From: Octopus sinensis
Lineage: Eukaryota
Length of the DNA: 64,000 bases
Assembly: GCF_006345805.1 (NCBI RefSeq)
Contig: NC_043000.1
Span: forward strand, 152,954,001 to 153,018,000
Direction: 5' to 3'
Positions within the stretch are counted from its first letter, which is position 1; the number at the start of each line of letters is the position of its first letter. The position numbers were made by a program, and so were the translations under genes. Positions 38,855 through 52,050 of the stretch are shown here, piece by piece. The notes under the pieces were generated by a model. The model saw only the letters and a list, made by a program, of their open reading frames with translations. It was not told the DNA's origin and did no database searches.

Positions 38855-39238
38855 TGGAGGCGCAATGGCCCAGTGGTTAGGGCAGCGGACTCGCGGTCAT
38901 AGGATCGCGGTTTCGATTCCCAGACCGGGCGTTGTGAGTGTTTATTGAGCGAAAACACCTAAAGCTCCACGAGGCTACGGCAGGGGACGGTGGTGATCCC
39001 TGCTGTACTCTTTCACCACAACTTTCTCTCACTCTTACTTCCTGTTTCTGTTGTACCTGTATTTCAAAGGGCCGGCCTTGTCACTCTCTGTGTCACGCTG
39101 AATATCCCCGAGAACTACGTTAAGGGTACACGTGTCTGTGGAGTGCTCAGCCACTTACACGTTAATTTCGCAAGCAGGCTGTTCCGTTGATTCGGATCAA
39201 CCGGAACCCTCATCGTCGTAACCGACGGAGTGCTTCCA
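38855..39238 (+). mobile_element. SINE family B, body type 1
   Basis: TSD tattaattgatgtg. Confidence 0.88.
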
Positions 39239-39424
39239 TATTAATTGATGTGTTTATTACAATCACAGAAAGAGAATTTCTCCATTTGAAGAATGATACA
39301 TTGTCAGGTAGTTTTTGTTGCTGTTGTTTTCTAGTATCTTCTGTTGTTGATGTGCAACCCCTACATGAGTATATCTATGATATATATCTGGTTGAATGTC
39401 TTTAGTGCAACCCAATGATCCATA

Positions 39425-40560
39425 TTCTGGATAGTCATCATCATCGTTTAACATCTGCTTTCCATGCTAGCATGGGTTGGACGGTTCAACTGGGGTCTGG
39501 GAAGCCAGAAGGCTGCACCAGGCTCCAGTCAGATCTGGCAGTGTTTCTATAGCTGGATGCCCTTTCTAACGCCAACCACTCTGTGAGTGTAGTGGGTGCT
39601 TTTTATGTGTCACCGACACAGGTGCCAGACGAGGCTGGCGAACGGCCACGCTTGGATGGTGTTTTTTTTTGTGCCACCGACACAGGTGCCAGACGAGGCT
39701 GGCGAACGGCCACGCTCAGATGGTGTTTTTTACGTACCACTGGCACGGAGGCCAGGTGAGGCTGGCACGGCCACGATCAGATGGTGTTTGTTATGTGCCC
39801 ACAGCACGGAGGCCAGTCGATGTGGTACTGGCTACGGCCACTTTCGGATGGTTTCCTTATGTGCCACCGGCACTGGTACCACAAAAATACAAATTCCATT
39901 GATGTTCATCGATTTTGATTTGATTTGATTTTCACTTGCCTCAACAGGTCTTCACAAGTAGAGTTATGTGTCCCAAGAAGGAAGGTATGCACAGGTGGAC
40001 TCATGTGTCCTGCTGGGTCTTCTCGTGCACAGCATACTTCCAAAGGTCTCGGTCTCTGGTCATTTCCCCGGTGAGACCTAAAGCGCGAAGGTCGTTCTTC
40101 ACCACCTCGTCCCAGGTTTTCCTGGGTCTACCTCTTCCTCAGGTTCCCTCAACCGCTAGTGTATGGCACTTTTTCACACAACTATCTTCATCCATTCTTA
40201 CTATGTGTCCATACCAGCATAGACGCCTCTCTTGCACACCACATCTGATGCTTCTTAGGTCCAACTTTTCTCTCAAGGCACTTACACTCTGTCGGGTATG
40301 AACACTGACATTACACATCCAACGGAGCATACTGGCTTCATTTCTTGCGAGCTTACGCATATCCTCAGCAGTCACGGTCCATGTTTTACTGCCATGTAGC
40401 ATGGCTGTTCGCACACATGCGTCATACAGTCTGCCTTTTACTCTGAGCGAGAGGCCTTTTGTCACCAGCAGAGGTAAGAGCTCTACAGTAATCTGGTTTA
40501 AGATTGCACTTAATACTACAACCCTCAGTAGTTTATCAAAGAAGGTGCCATGTTGCATTT
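39425..40560 (-). mobile_element. 5'-truncated RTE LINE
   Basis: ORF 40139-40558 (KGLSLRVKGRLYDACVRTAMLHGSKTW...WYGH) and a UTR with tandem units. Confidence 0.9.
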
Positions 40561-41329
40561 CCCTTGCTATTCAGTCTGATCTTCATCATCATCATTATTT
40601 AGCATCTGTTTTATATGCTGATGTGGGCTGGACAGTTTGACAGGAGCTGGCAAGCCAAAGAATTGCACCAAGCTCCACTGTCTGCTTCAGTATGATTTTT
40701 ATGGTTGAATACCCTCCCTAACATCAACCACTTAACAGAGTGTACTGGGTGATTTTTATGTGCCACCAAGAAGGTTATCATTTACTTGACAGAACCCTTC
40801 AAATGAATGCATATGTAGAAACGAAGGAGGTAGCCCCAGTGAAAGTTGCCAATGTGGTTTTGCTTGTTTCAATTCTTGTGGATCCAAAGTCACCTAATCT
40901 AGTTATAGCAACTAATTCCTCTAATTACATTCTGTTATCTCAGTAAATAAGTAAATAATAATAATGACGGTAATGTATTGCAAGGTTTCTCTGCATTGTA
41001 GTCAAAAGTCAGTCAAATAATGAAAAAAAAAAATTGACACTAATCACTATTACACTGAGCATGTAATAGTTTCTTTTGTTTTTTCAAGAAACAGATTATT
41101 ACATGGCATTTGTCTGTCATATATTTAATTGTAGTGCACTAATAGTCATAACTAATGAGTCATTCTTGAGTGAAACTTGCTTTTGTTAGTTTTCTAGCTG
41201 TGTTGTTTATGATCATGTTGGATTGGCCATTACAAGATTCAACACTTAAAACTCTGTTCCTAACAGAATTTTAATCTCTTAAAGAAAATTGAAGAGATTT
41301 TTAAGCTGCTGTATTAGTTACTGTTAGGA

Positions 41330-41912
41330 GAAACTGTTTGATCGGCGGCGATGTACCAGACAGTGGCTCTCATGGCTTCTGATCTTAACTGATTGGAAGT
41401 GTTATCATGTACATTGTTTTGTCTTGGTATAAAAGATGGGCTACAGCAAATATTCTGATCAATACCACAGATTTGCTTGTCAGTTGTTTGACCTTAACCA
41501 GTTGACCATGTCCCTTAGTGGCTGACAATATGTGCATCTCTGATCATGAGCAGAAGTAGTGGGGGAGCATCATAGGTGTGTGTTGAAAGGAATTCTTAGA
41601 GGTTTGGATAAATCACCTTTGGAAACATGGGTGGTTCATTCAACATCCTTAAACAATCCTTATTCAGGGACTTTTTGAGTGGGATGGGCTTCTTGACCAG
41701 AAGAAAATTCTAACTGGGCCCCACCTGCAAAGTCATGCGCTGTTTATTTTGATATGAGATCACCATGTCGCACACATATGGTTGTGATGCATGTGCCTGG
41801 TGTACTCTTATTAGATGGGTAGTCATGATGGGAATACTGGGCATCGTATATTTTACTCCAGTGTCACTTTGATGGCATGCACAGCTCGCTCACTCAATAA
41901 TAATAATAATAG
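41330..41912 (+). mobile_element. Retroposon family E with (AAT)n tail
   Basis: Its 3' end recurs inverted at about 56930-57135 and 17615-17680; class not determined. Confidence 0.6.
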
Positions 41913-42829
41913 TTTCTAGCATAGGCAAAGAGCCAAATATTAGCCTGAGAAGAATTATTGACTACATTGACTCCAATACATGACCGGTACTGAGCTTTTT
42001 TGGTCCCAAAAAGATGAAAAACAAAGATGACTTTGGTGATATTTCAATTCATAATTTTTAATTTGTGCACAAGGCCAGCACTTTTGCAGGGATGGGATTA
42101 GGTAATTAAATTTAGCAACTCAAAAAGAACTGATGAGCAAGTTGACCACAACAGGATTTGAACTTAGAATGTAAAGAGTCAGAAAAAATACCACAATGCA
42201 TTTTCTCCAGTGCTCCGACAATTCTGACAATCTGAAGGCTTTTTAAAAATACTAATAATCATTTCTCACAGAAGTGCAGGCATGGCTGCACCACTGTAAG
42301 AATCTGAAACCATGTGGTTGCAAGGCAAGCTTCTCAACTACATGGTTTCAGGTTCAGTCCCACGGTGTGGCACCTTGAGCAAAGTGTCCTTTGATAGATT
42401 CCCAGGTTGACTTAATGTCTTGTGAGTGGAATTGGTTGATGGAAACTGTGTGGAAGCCCATTATATATCTATGTGCATGTGCATCTTTGTAACTACATTT
42501 GTTTCCACCACTACTATTTGACAACTGGTGTTGGTTTGTTTATGTGCCTGTAATTTAGTGGTTTGGCATATCCTTTAGTGCCCCCTAGCATGGCTGCTGT
42601 CCAATGAGTGAAACCAGTGAAAGATAAAAGATAGGCACAAAGACACAAAACTTGATAGGTGGAGGGGTTATCTGATTAAGTCAACCCCAGTACTTGAGTA
42701 GTACTTTATTGACCCCAGAGGGATGAAAAACAAAACTGACCCTGGTGGGATTTGAATTCAGAATGTAAAGGCTGGAAGAAATATTGCAAGGCATATTTTC
42801 CCAATGCTCCAATGATTCTGCCAGTCTAC

Positions 42830-42864
<35 letters not shown>

Positions 42865-44457
42865 TATAATGATGATGACAATAATGATGAAAATATAATT
42901 TGTATGAGCATGTATGTAGTTGTACATAGCTGAGCGTATGTATGTAGAACAGTAAATTGATTGTTATCTTGGTGTGTATATTATGTATGGTGGGGTTTTA
43001 CAGTTGTGTTTTTGTGTATAGATTAGTCTAGTGTAGTGTTGTGTGGCAAGGTGAGGAGAGGAATGGTTGAGGAATTTACTCCCACCATCCCTACCTTGTT
43101 CCATTGCTACTCCATAGTGGTGAAGCTAACCATGTGTTTCTCATTTCCTTTGACTCAATCTCTCTCTCTCTCTCTTTCTCTCTGTCTCTCTCTGTCTCTC
43201 TCTCTCTCTGTTTTCTCTCTTTTAGAACAAAGATGAAATTCTAAGATACTCTATAATTCTTCCCTGCTCCCTTAGTTGTTTTGCTTTATTACCTTGTTCT
43301 TCCTCCCTGCCCCCTACCATTACCCTACTCTCACCTTCCCATCATTACCTCATTCTCCCTTTTCACTTCTCTCCTTCCCTCACGCCTCTCCTTTTTCCCT
43401 CCGGTTGCTCCCTCTCACCTTCACTTCGACAACCCCTCCTACCCACCGAGCCCTGTTGTGCCTTCATCCTCCTCTCCTCTCTATTCCTACCAGTGGTGAT
43501 GGTGTTAGATGTGATGTACAAGTGGGGCGAGTGGGTAGGTGGGTGTGAGCCAACTTATGATCACTCATCATAAATAAAATACACAGGGAGGAGGAGGAGG
43601 AGGAGTACAATCAGTTTTTTTTCTGTTTTTTTTTTGTGTGTGTGTATATTCAGTGATTGCTGTTATGATGTATGTAATTTTACTACACTTCTTAGCTCAG
43701 TACCCTTGCTTGGTAAGTAAGTTGGTAGATAGTTCAGAAGGTAAGTAGGTAGGTAGGTAACCTTGGGGATTAAGCACCTAATTTTCACTATCATTACTTT
43801 GTTATAGATTGGTACCTTTTGGCATGATAATACTATTAGTAGATACAGACATGTTGCCAAGCTTGAGTACCTCACTGTCCCCACCATATCTTACCTGCAC
43901 AAAATACTAATGAATCACTTGATTTCTTATTCAGGCAGTAGGTCACACTTTCATAGAGAAGCGAAATTTCAGAATATGTTGCCTTCATGCTTTTTCCAAA
44001 TATGTTAGTAGCATTGGTAAAGAGAAATTTTGGCTTTGACAAAGAATCAGTGTGTTCATAATTGTTGAGTGGTTAACACTGCATATTCTGACCATGGTAA
44101 CCCAAGTTTGAATTCTGGTCATGTCAGTCCAATTTAATTCCAAAGGCGCAGGCATGGCTGATGGTTGAAAAGTTTGCTGCCCAATCACATGGTTTTGGGT
44201 TCAGTTCTGCTCTGAGGAACTTTGAGCAAGCATCTTCTACTATAGTTCCAGGATTACCAAAGACTTTTGAGTAGATGAAAACTGAAAGAGGCCTGTTGTG
44301 TGTGTGTATATATATATATATATACATGTGTAAGCACAAATGCAAAACAAGGTGGGAAAAAATAGTACTCAAATACTGAAGGTAGAGAAATATAATTTAC
44401 ATTAAAACTGAAAAAGCTTCTCAAACTGTTACTGAAAGTTTTACATTAGTTTTACAT

Positions 44458-44843
44458 AGGCGTAGGAGTGGCTGTGTGGTAAGTAGCTTGTTTACCAACC
44501 ACATGGTTCCGGCTTCAGTCCCACTGTGTGGCACCTTGGGCAAGTGTCTTCTACTATAGCCTCGGGCTGACCAAAGCCTTGTGAGTGGATTTGGTAGATG
44601 GAAACTGAAAGAAGCCCATCCTGTGCGTGTATATGTTTGTGTGTCTGTGTTTGTCCCCCCCCCCCCAACATCGCTTGACAACTGATGCTGGTGTGTTCAC
44701 GTCACTGTAACTTAGCGGTTCGGCAAAAGAGACCAATAGAATAAGTACTAGGCTTACAAAGAATAAGTCCTGGGGGTCGATATGCTCGACTAAAGGCGGT
44801 GCTCCAGCATGGCCACAGTCAAATGACTGAAACAAGTAAAAGA
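44458..44843 (+). mobile_element. SINE family A
   Basis: Full-length copy; inverted partner at 45295-45683. Confidence 0.85.
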
Positions 44844-45294
44844 AAGATTACTGTTTGTTGGACAGCTGGGATCATACTACTTGTGTGAATATGTTTATGC
44901 TTGTGTTTCCTTGTCTTGATGTTGTGTGATTGTTGTAAACAAGTCCTTCATCTTCAATATTCTACAAAAACATGTCTGGCCATGGAGAAATATTACTGAA
45001 CTTGGAAATGAGTAAGGGTTTGTGACAGTAATGGCATCCAGCTGTAGAACTCCATCTAACCCATGTGGACACAAGAAAATGGCCATTAAAACAACAATGA
45101 TGCTGATGATACTCAACTTGTTGGGATATTTTCTTTGTTCCAAAAATGGTCTAATTTTATTAAAGCCATTCTAGTTATTGTAATCTGACTTCTTTCTTTG
45201 TTATTACATTTCTGATTTTGTTCTTCCTAAGTGTTTAAATTCTGGGTACACACACACAACACATTCACACACACACACACACACATATATATTC

Positions 45295-45683
45295 ATTTAC
45301 TTTTTTCTACTTGTTTCAGTCATTTGACTGAGGCCATGCTGGAGCACTGCCTTTAGTTGAGCAAATCGACCCCAAGACTTATTCTTTGTAAGCTCAGTAC
45401 TTATTCTATCGGTTTCTTTTGCCGAACCACTAAGTTATGGGGACGTAAACACACCAGCATCGGTTATCAAGCCATGTTAGGGGGACAAACACAGACACAC
45501 AAACACACACACACACACATACGATGAGCTTCTTTCAGTTTTTGTCTACCAAATCCACTTCAAAGGCTTTGGTCGGCCCGAGGCTATAGCAGAAGACACT
45601 TGCCCAAGGTGCCACATAGAGGGACTGAACCCGGAACCATGTGGCTGGTAAGCAAGCTACTTACCACACAGCCACTCCTATGC
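45295..45683 (-). mobile_element. SINE family A
   Basis: Full-length copy. Confidence 0.85.
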
Positions 45684-46339
45684 ATACTTTCCACACAGCC
45701 AGGTAACCATTTGCAATAATAACTGTTTCTAATACAGGCACAAGACTTGAAATTTGGAGGAATAAGGGACTAACCAATTGTATCAACCTCACTGCTTGAC
45801 TGGTACTTTATGTTATCAACCTTGGAAATATGAGAGGTGAACCTGATCTCAGTGGGATATGAACTCAGAATATAAAGAGTCAGAAAAACTACCATAAGAC
45901 ATTTTGTTTGATGCTCTAATGGGTCTGCCAATTCAACATCCTGATAACATCATCATCATTTAATGTCCATTGTTTCATGCTTGCATGGGTCAGACAGAAT
46001 TTTTTATGGCAAATTATCTATGGTTGGATGCTCTTCCTATTGCCAGCTTACCTGTTTCCAGTAAGGTAATATTTCACCATAGCCAAGATGTTTTTGAAAT
46101 GAATAACACTGTTTGTATAATGGTGACTCTTGTTTACAAATTGTTGCTATTATTTAAAGTGTCGTATGTCCAAATTTGACCAAATGCATTTTTTTCAATA
46201 TTTATTTTTGCTTGCAGTAGCTGTTTTTTTTTTTTTTTGGTCAAAGTGTAGTACAACGGTTTTGCTATGGAATAGTCAAACTATTTTTTCATTTTCTGAC
46301 AAAGCAACACTTTGAACTTATGACATTTTTGCATAATAG

Positions 46340-47025
46340 CAATCATCATCATCATTGTTTAACGTCCGCTTTCCATGCTAGCATGAGTTGGATGATTTGA
46401 CTGAGGACTGGCAAAACAGATGGCTGCACCAGGCTTCAATCTTGATCTGGCAGAATTTCTACAGCTGGATGCCCTTCCTAATACCAACCATTCAGAGAGT
46501 GTAGTGTGTGCATTTACGTGCCACTGGCATGAGGGCCAGTCACGCAGTACTGGCAATGGCCACGCTCAAATGGTGTTTTCTATGTGCCACCTGCACAGGA
46601 GCCAGTCCAGCGGCAATGACCTTGCTCAAATGTTTTTTCATGTGCCAGTAAGGCAACGCTGGTAACGATCACACTCGAATGGTGCTTTTTACATGCCACC
46701 AGCACAGAAGCCAATCAGCTGCTCTGGCAACAATCACACTTGGATGTTGCTCTTAGCATTTCATTAGCACGGATGCCAGTCGTCTAATTTGATTTCGATT
46801 TCACTTGCATCAACAGGTCTTCGCAAGCAGAGTTTAGTGTCCAATGAAGGAAAGGTACGCATAAAGTGGGCTGGTTACACCCCTTGCATAGGCCACGAAG
46901 TTATGATCTCATTTGGCTTGCCGGGTCTTCTCAAGCACAGCATATTTCCAAAAGTCTCGGTCACTAGTCATTGTCTCGGTGAGGCCTAATGTTAAAAGGT
47001 CGTGCTTCACCACTTCATCCCACAA
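46340..47025 (-). mobile_element. RTE 3' end
   Basis: (CAT)n tail, UTR modules and end of ORF. Confidence 0.8.
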
Positions 47026-47307
47026 CATGACTATGAAGCAAATTTCTTAACCACTCACCCACAGCTGTGCTTAAATAGCACTAATAATTTTATAATGATC
47101 ATGTGTTGATATGCGTGATCAAAACCTCTCCTATCACCCTCCCTGAGCAAATTAAACTATAGAAATCTCAACTATTAATAATTTTAAGAATAGAACAAAA
47201 CTTCATCAACGTGCTAAAACTTAGGATTTATATTTTCAGTCCGACACTCTCCCATCTGAACTATTTCAGTTTTCAGTAAATATCATCATAATTCATATAT
47301 ATATATA

Positions 47308-47704
47308 CTAGCAGTATCGCCCGGCGTTGCTCGGGTTTGTAAGGGAAATAACTATATAAGCATTTTTAGAGAGTTATAGCCAAAAAATGGCAAAAAAATG
47401 CATTAAAAATGGAAAAAAAATGATGGTAAATTTTTTAAAAACTCGTTGACTCATCGTAGACATTTTTAGAGAGTTACTTCCCTTATATAATAGCGAAAAA
47501 ATGCATTAAAATGGAAAAAATAATGGTAAATTTTTTTTTAAATCGTAGACTCATCGTAGACGCGCGCTAATACCCAGAAGGGCTCGATATGAATCACGAC
47601 TATAAGATACCCGGTTTTGGTTAAACTGCACCGCAAAATGTGGAAGTAGTTAGGAATCTAAATCGTAGGAGACAGACACACAACCTCTCTTTTATATATA
47701 AAGA
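47308..47704 (-). mobile_element. Non-autonomous Helitron (subfamily 2, internal duplication)
   Basis: Helitron termini; near-identical to 61713-62113. Confidence 0.9.
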
Positions 47705-48113
47705 TATATATATTATGGTTAAAAGAGTAAAGACCCTCTTCAGTCATGAATGACCATGGGATTGCACCTAGAAAGTTCCCCTCTGAGGCACAAGTCTGGG
47801 CAATCGTGTTTATGGATGACTGACAGTCGCCCATGCATACCAGCCTCCCCTCTGCACACCACTGATGTTATCCAAGGGTAAGGCAAAGACCAATACAACT
47901 TGGCACCAGTGACGTCGCAACTCATTTCTATGTCTGAGTGAACTGAAGCAATGTAAAATAAAGTGTTTTGCACAGGAACACATCAAACAGTCCAGTGTGG
48001 GAATTGAACTCACTACCTCATGATTGTGAGTCCAACACTCTAACCACTGAGCTATGCGTCTTCATACACACACACCACACACACACACACACATACATAA
48101 GTGTATGTGTGTG

Positions 48114-48152
<39 letters not shown>

Positions 48153-49021
48153 CTATAAAACATATTTTGTGTCATTAATGAGAATATTTGCCTCTACTGT
48201 ACCAAAATGGTACAATAGATTATGGCTAAAGAAAAATACATATTGAATTAAGAAGTATTTCTAAATGTAATAGGTTTGTTCTTTTAGATGTCTTGTCTGA
48301 AACCTTATATATTTACCTAAATAGTAGAACAGGTCTGTCACGTTTCTGCAAATATTTTTCTGCAAAGAGGCTAATTGGTAGAATCATTAGACCATTGGCC
48401 AGAATCCTTCAGGGTATTTGTTCCAATCCTTTATGCTTTGAGTTTAAATGTTGCCAAGGACAGCTTTGCTTTTCATCCTTTCAATGTTGATAAAAGAGTA
48501 CCATTAAGAATTGTGGTGTTAATTCTGGTTCTTTGGGTTTGGAGTTCAAATCCTACCATGGCCTACTTTGGTGGTTGACTTAACCCATATTGTGTTTAAT
48601 ATGCCTAACCACTCCGAGAGTGTAGTGGGTGCTTTTACGTGCCAGTCAGGCTGCCAGTACTGCCTCACTGGCATTAGGAAGGGCATCCAGCTGTAGAAAC
48701 TCTGCCAGATCAGATTGGAGTCTGGTGCAGCCAGACATCAGTCAAATCGTCCAACCCATGCTAGGATGGATAGTGGCTGTTAAACGATGATGATGATGAT
48801 GGTGATCTATCACCTTGAGTGCCTTTAGCAGAGTCCCCTCTGTTGCAAACACTTGGGCCAAGCTTTCAGTTTGAAGATTCCGCTTTCCTTTCTTTCCACA
48901 AGTCTCAGAGGCCCTATGAAAGGTTGCCGGCATTGTCTGTATATTAAAATAACTATTAAGCTAGTGTTTGGAACATAAGTCAGCATGAAATTTTTATAGG
49001 TTTTAATTTAAATAATTTTAA

Positions 49022-49491
49022 CCCTGTAGTATTCAGATTACTCTATCACAGTGGTTTTCAACCAGGGTTCCTCGGAACCTTAGGGTTCCGCCAGTACAGT
49101 CCAGGGGTTCTGCCAGTACAGTCCAGGGGTTCCGCAAGAAGTTACAAAACTGCTAAAATCGGCAGTAATTTTTAATTCTCCCGTGCAGATACGTGTGCAT
49201 AAGACTATTAAATTATTGCACAGGGGTTCCTCGAGCCAGTGGAATGTTTCCTTGGGGTTCCACCCCAGCAAAAAGTTTGAAAAGCACTGCTCTATCAAAC
49301 ATAATGCTTATTTATTCATGTAGTTTTGAATTTATCCGGCATTATCTTGTAGCCTTGAGATTTTGATTATGTGGCTGTATACTTTTTTAGACTAACATTG
49401 TAGGGTAAGTGTGAGAGGTTAGATCTGGCAGTTTGAGTATAAAACAGGGAAACTATTTTCGCCAGATATGGCCAATTTAAATGCTAAAGGG
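49022..49491. mobile_element. piggyBac-type MITE
   Basis: TTAA on both flanks (49018-21, 49492-95); imperfect TIRs CCCTGTAGTATTC / AAATGCTAAAGGG. Confidence 0.7.
49049..49289. mobile_element. hAT-type MITE nested in the piggyBac-type MITE
   Basis: Same family as 2396-2614; perfect 8-bp TSD ctctatca; internal duplication of about 22 bp. Confidence 0.9.
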
Positions 49492-50163
49492 TTAAAACAG
49501 GGAATTTGTCTCATTGAACTAAGGGCTGTTTCAGGTTGGTTGGTATTGAAAGAGTTAATGAACTTAATTTTCAAAGGATGGTTAGAATTAATAATCAAAA
49601 CTAGATTATGGATAATGCTAACTCTGTGGATGAGATCTGTATATTTGAAACTGAAGTATTGTATATTATGTCATTTTTACTGGATTTTGTCAACTGTTTT
49701 GATAATTTACTTACAAGTTCGGTAACCTGGTGCCAAATCTATTTGGGTTGGCTGAATAACCCAGTATATCATCCAGGACTGAGTGCTTTTTAGCCTTATT
49801 TCTTGCATCTGTAACCTTTTGAAACACAGCTGTCTCACTCATAGCTATCTTAATTATTCTTAGACTTTGTGAAGTTAAGGCCATTACTATGAGTGTGTGT
49901 GTGTGTATATGTGCATGTGTGTGTGAATGTGTGTATGTGTGCATGTATGTGTAAGCAAATTTTGGTGGGTGTATGTTAGTATAGGATGAGGTGGGTAATT
50001 CTTTGGTGAAATAATAGTTGTGTGTTTATTTATATATATATATGTGTTTGTGTTTTTATGTGTGTGTTAGCATATGTGTGCGAGATGTAGTAATGTGGAG
50101 TAGGGTAGTAATGAGGTAATAGTAATGTATGGATGCGTGTTTGTGTGCAATGCTGCCTGTGTT

Positions 50164-50200
<37 letters not shown>

Positions 50201-50293
50201 TGTGTGTGTGCACAGGCTTGCTCGAGTATGTTGATGTGTGTTTCTGTATTGAAGTATTAATATCCTACTGTGAAGATGGTGATGATGAGTTAC

Positions 50294-50326
<33 letters not shown>

Positions 50327-50363
50327 GACTACTACTACTACTGCTGCTGCTAATAGTAATAGT

Positions 50364-50585
50364 AATAATAATAATAATTCTTTCTACTATTTCAAAGGCC
50401 TGAAATTTGGGGGAAGTGGGTGTAGTCAATTGATTGATGCTAGGACTTGACTGGTACTTTATTTTATCAACCCCACAAAGATGGAAGGCAAAGTTGACCT
50501 TGGTCAGATTTGAACTTGGAATGCAAAGAGCTGGAGCAAATGCATTTTTTTTCTGATGTCCTTGCAATTCTGCCAACTTACTGTT

Positions 50586-50625
<40 letters not shown>

Positions 50626-52050
50626 TAATATTAATAATCCTTTCTACTATTGACATAAAGCCTGAAATTTTGGCTGAGGGAGATAGTTGATTACATCAAC
50701 CTCAGTGCTCAACTGGTACTTATTTTATCAACCCTGAAAGGATGAAAGGCAAAGTTGACCTCAGCAGAATTTGAACTCAGAACATAAATGTGGATGAAAT
50801 ACCACTAAGCATTCTGCCTTCTGTGCCAAGGATTCTGTCAACTTGTTACTTTAGTAATAATAATAATGTTTCTACTATAGGCACATGGCCTGAAATTTTG
50901 TCTTTACATTCTAAGTTCGGGTTCATAAAATAAAGTACCAGTTAAGTACTGGGGGCCAATGTAATCATTTATCCCCCTCCCTTCAAAATTTCAAGCTTTC
51001 TACCTATAGTGGAAACGATTATTATTATTATTACTAAGGCAAAAAGCTGGCAGAATCCTTGGCACAGCAGACAAAATGTTTAGCAGCATTACGTCCATTT
51101 TTACATTCTGAGGTCAAATTCCCACATCAGCCCCAGTATTTAACTGGTATTTATTTTATCAACCCTAAAAAAATGTAAGGCAAAGTTGACCTTGGTGGAA
51201 TTTGAACTCAGAATGTAAAAATGGACAAAATGCTGCCTAGCATTTTGCCTGCCGTGCCAAGGATTCTGTCAGCTTTCTGCCTTAGTAATAATAATAATAA
51301 TCGTTTCCACTATAGGCAGAAAGCTTGAAATTTTGAGGGAGGGGGATAAATGATTACATTGGTCCCCAGTATTTAACTGGTACTTATTTTATCAACCCTA
51401 AAAGACCAAGTTGACCTCTGTGGAATTTGAACTCAGAACCTAAAGATGGACGTAATGCCGCTAAGCATTTTGCCTGCTGTGCCAAGGATTCTGTCAGCTT
51501 TCTGCCTTAGTAATAATAATAATAATCGTTTCCACTATAGGCGCAGGAGTGGCTGTGTGGTAAGTAGCTTGCTTACCAACCACATGGTTCCGGGTTCAGT
51601 CCCACTGCATGGCACCTTGGGCAAGTATCTTCTGCTATAGCCCCGGGCCGACCAAAGCCTTGTGAGTGGATTTGGTAGACGGAAACTGAAAGAAGCCCGT
51701 CGTATATATGTATATATATATATGTGTCTGTGTATGTTTGTGTGTCTGTGTTTGTCCCCCTAGCATCGCTTGACAACCGATGCTGGTGTGTTTACATCCC
51801 CGTCACTTAGCGGTTCAGCAAAAGAGACCGATAGAATAAGTACTGGGCTTACAAAGAATAAGTCCCGGGGTCGAGCTGCTCGACTAAAGGCGGTGCTCCA
51901 GCATGGCCGCAGTCAACTGACTGAAACAAGTAAAAGAGTAAAGGCAGAAAGCTTGAAATTTTGAGGGAGGGGGATAAATGATTACATTGGTCCCCAGTAC
52001 TTAACTGGTACTTAACTGGTACTTATTTTATCAACCCTTGCTCAGAATGT
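50364..52050. repeat. Head-to-tail array of SINE-D-like units with a local inversion and a nested SINE A (51539-51940)
   Basis: Units of about 235 bp separated by (AAT)n; 50935-51122 is an inverted copy of 51197-51382. Confidence 0.8.

Noticed and set aside
43820-44050. Possible minus-strand exon around tgtgcAG|GTAAGA at about 43895
   Set aside because: The site could be read as either donor or acceptor, no convincing partner site exists, and the peptides are unrecognisable.
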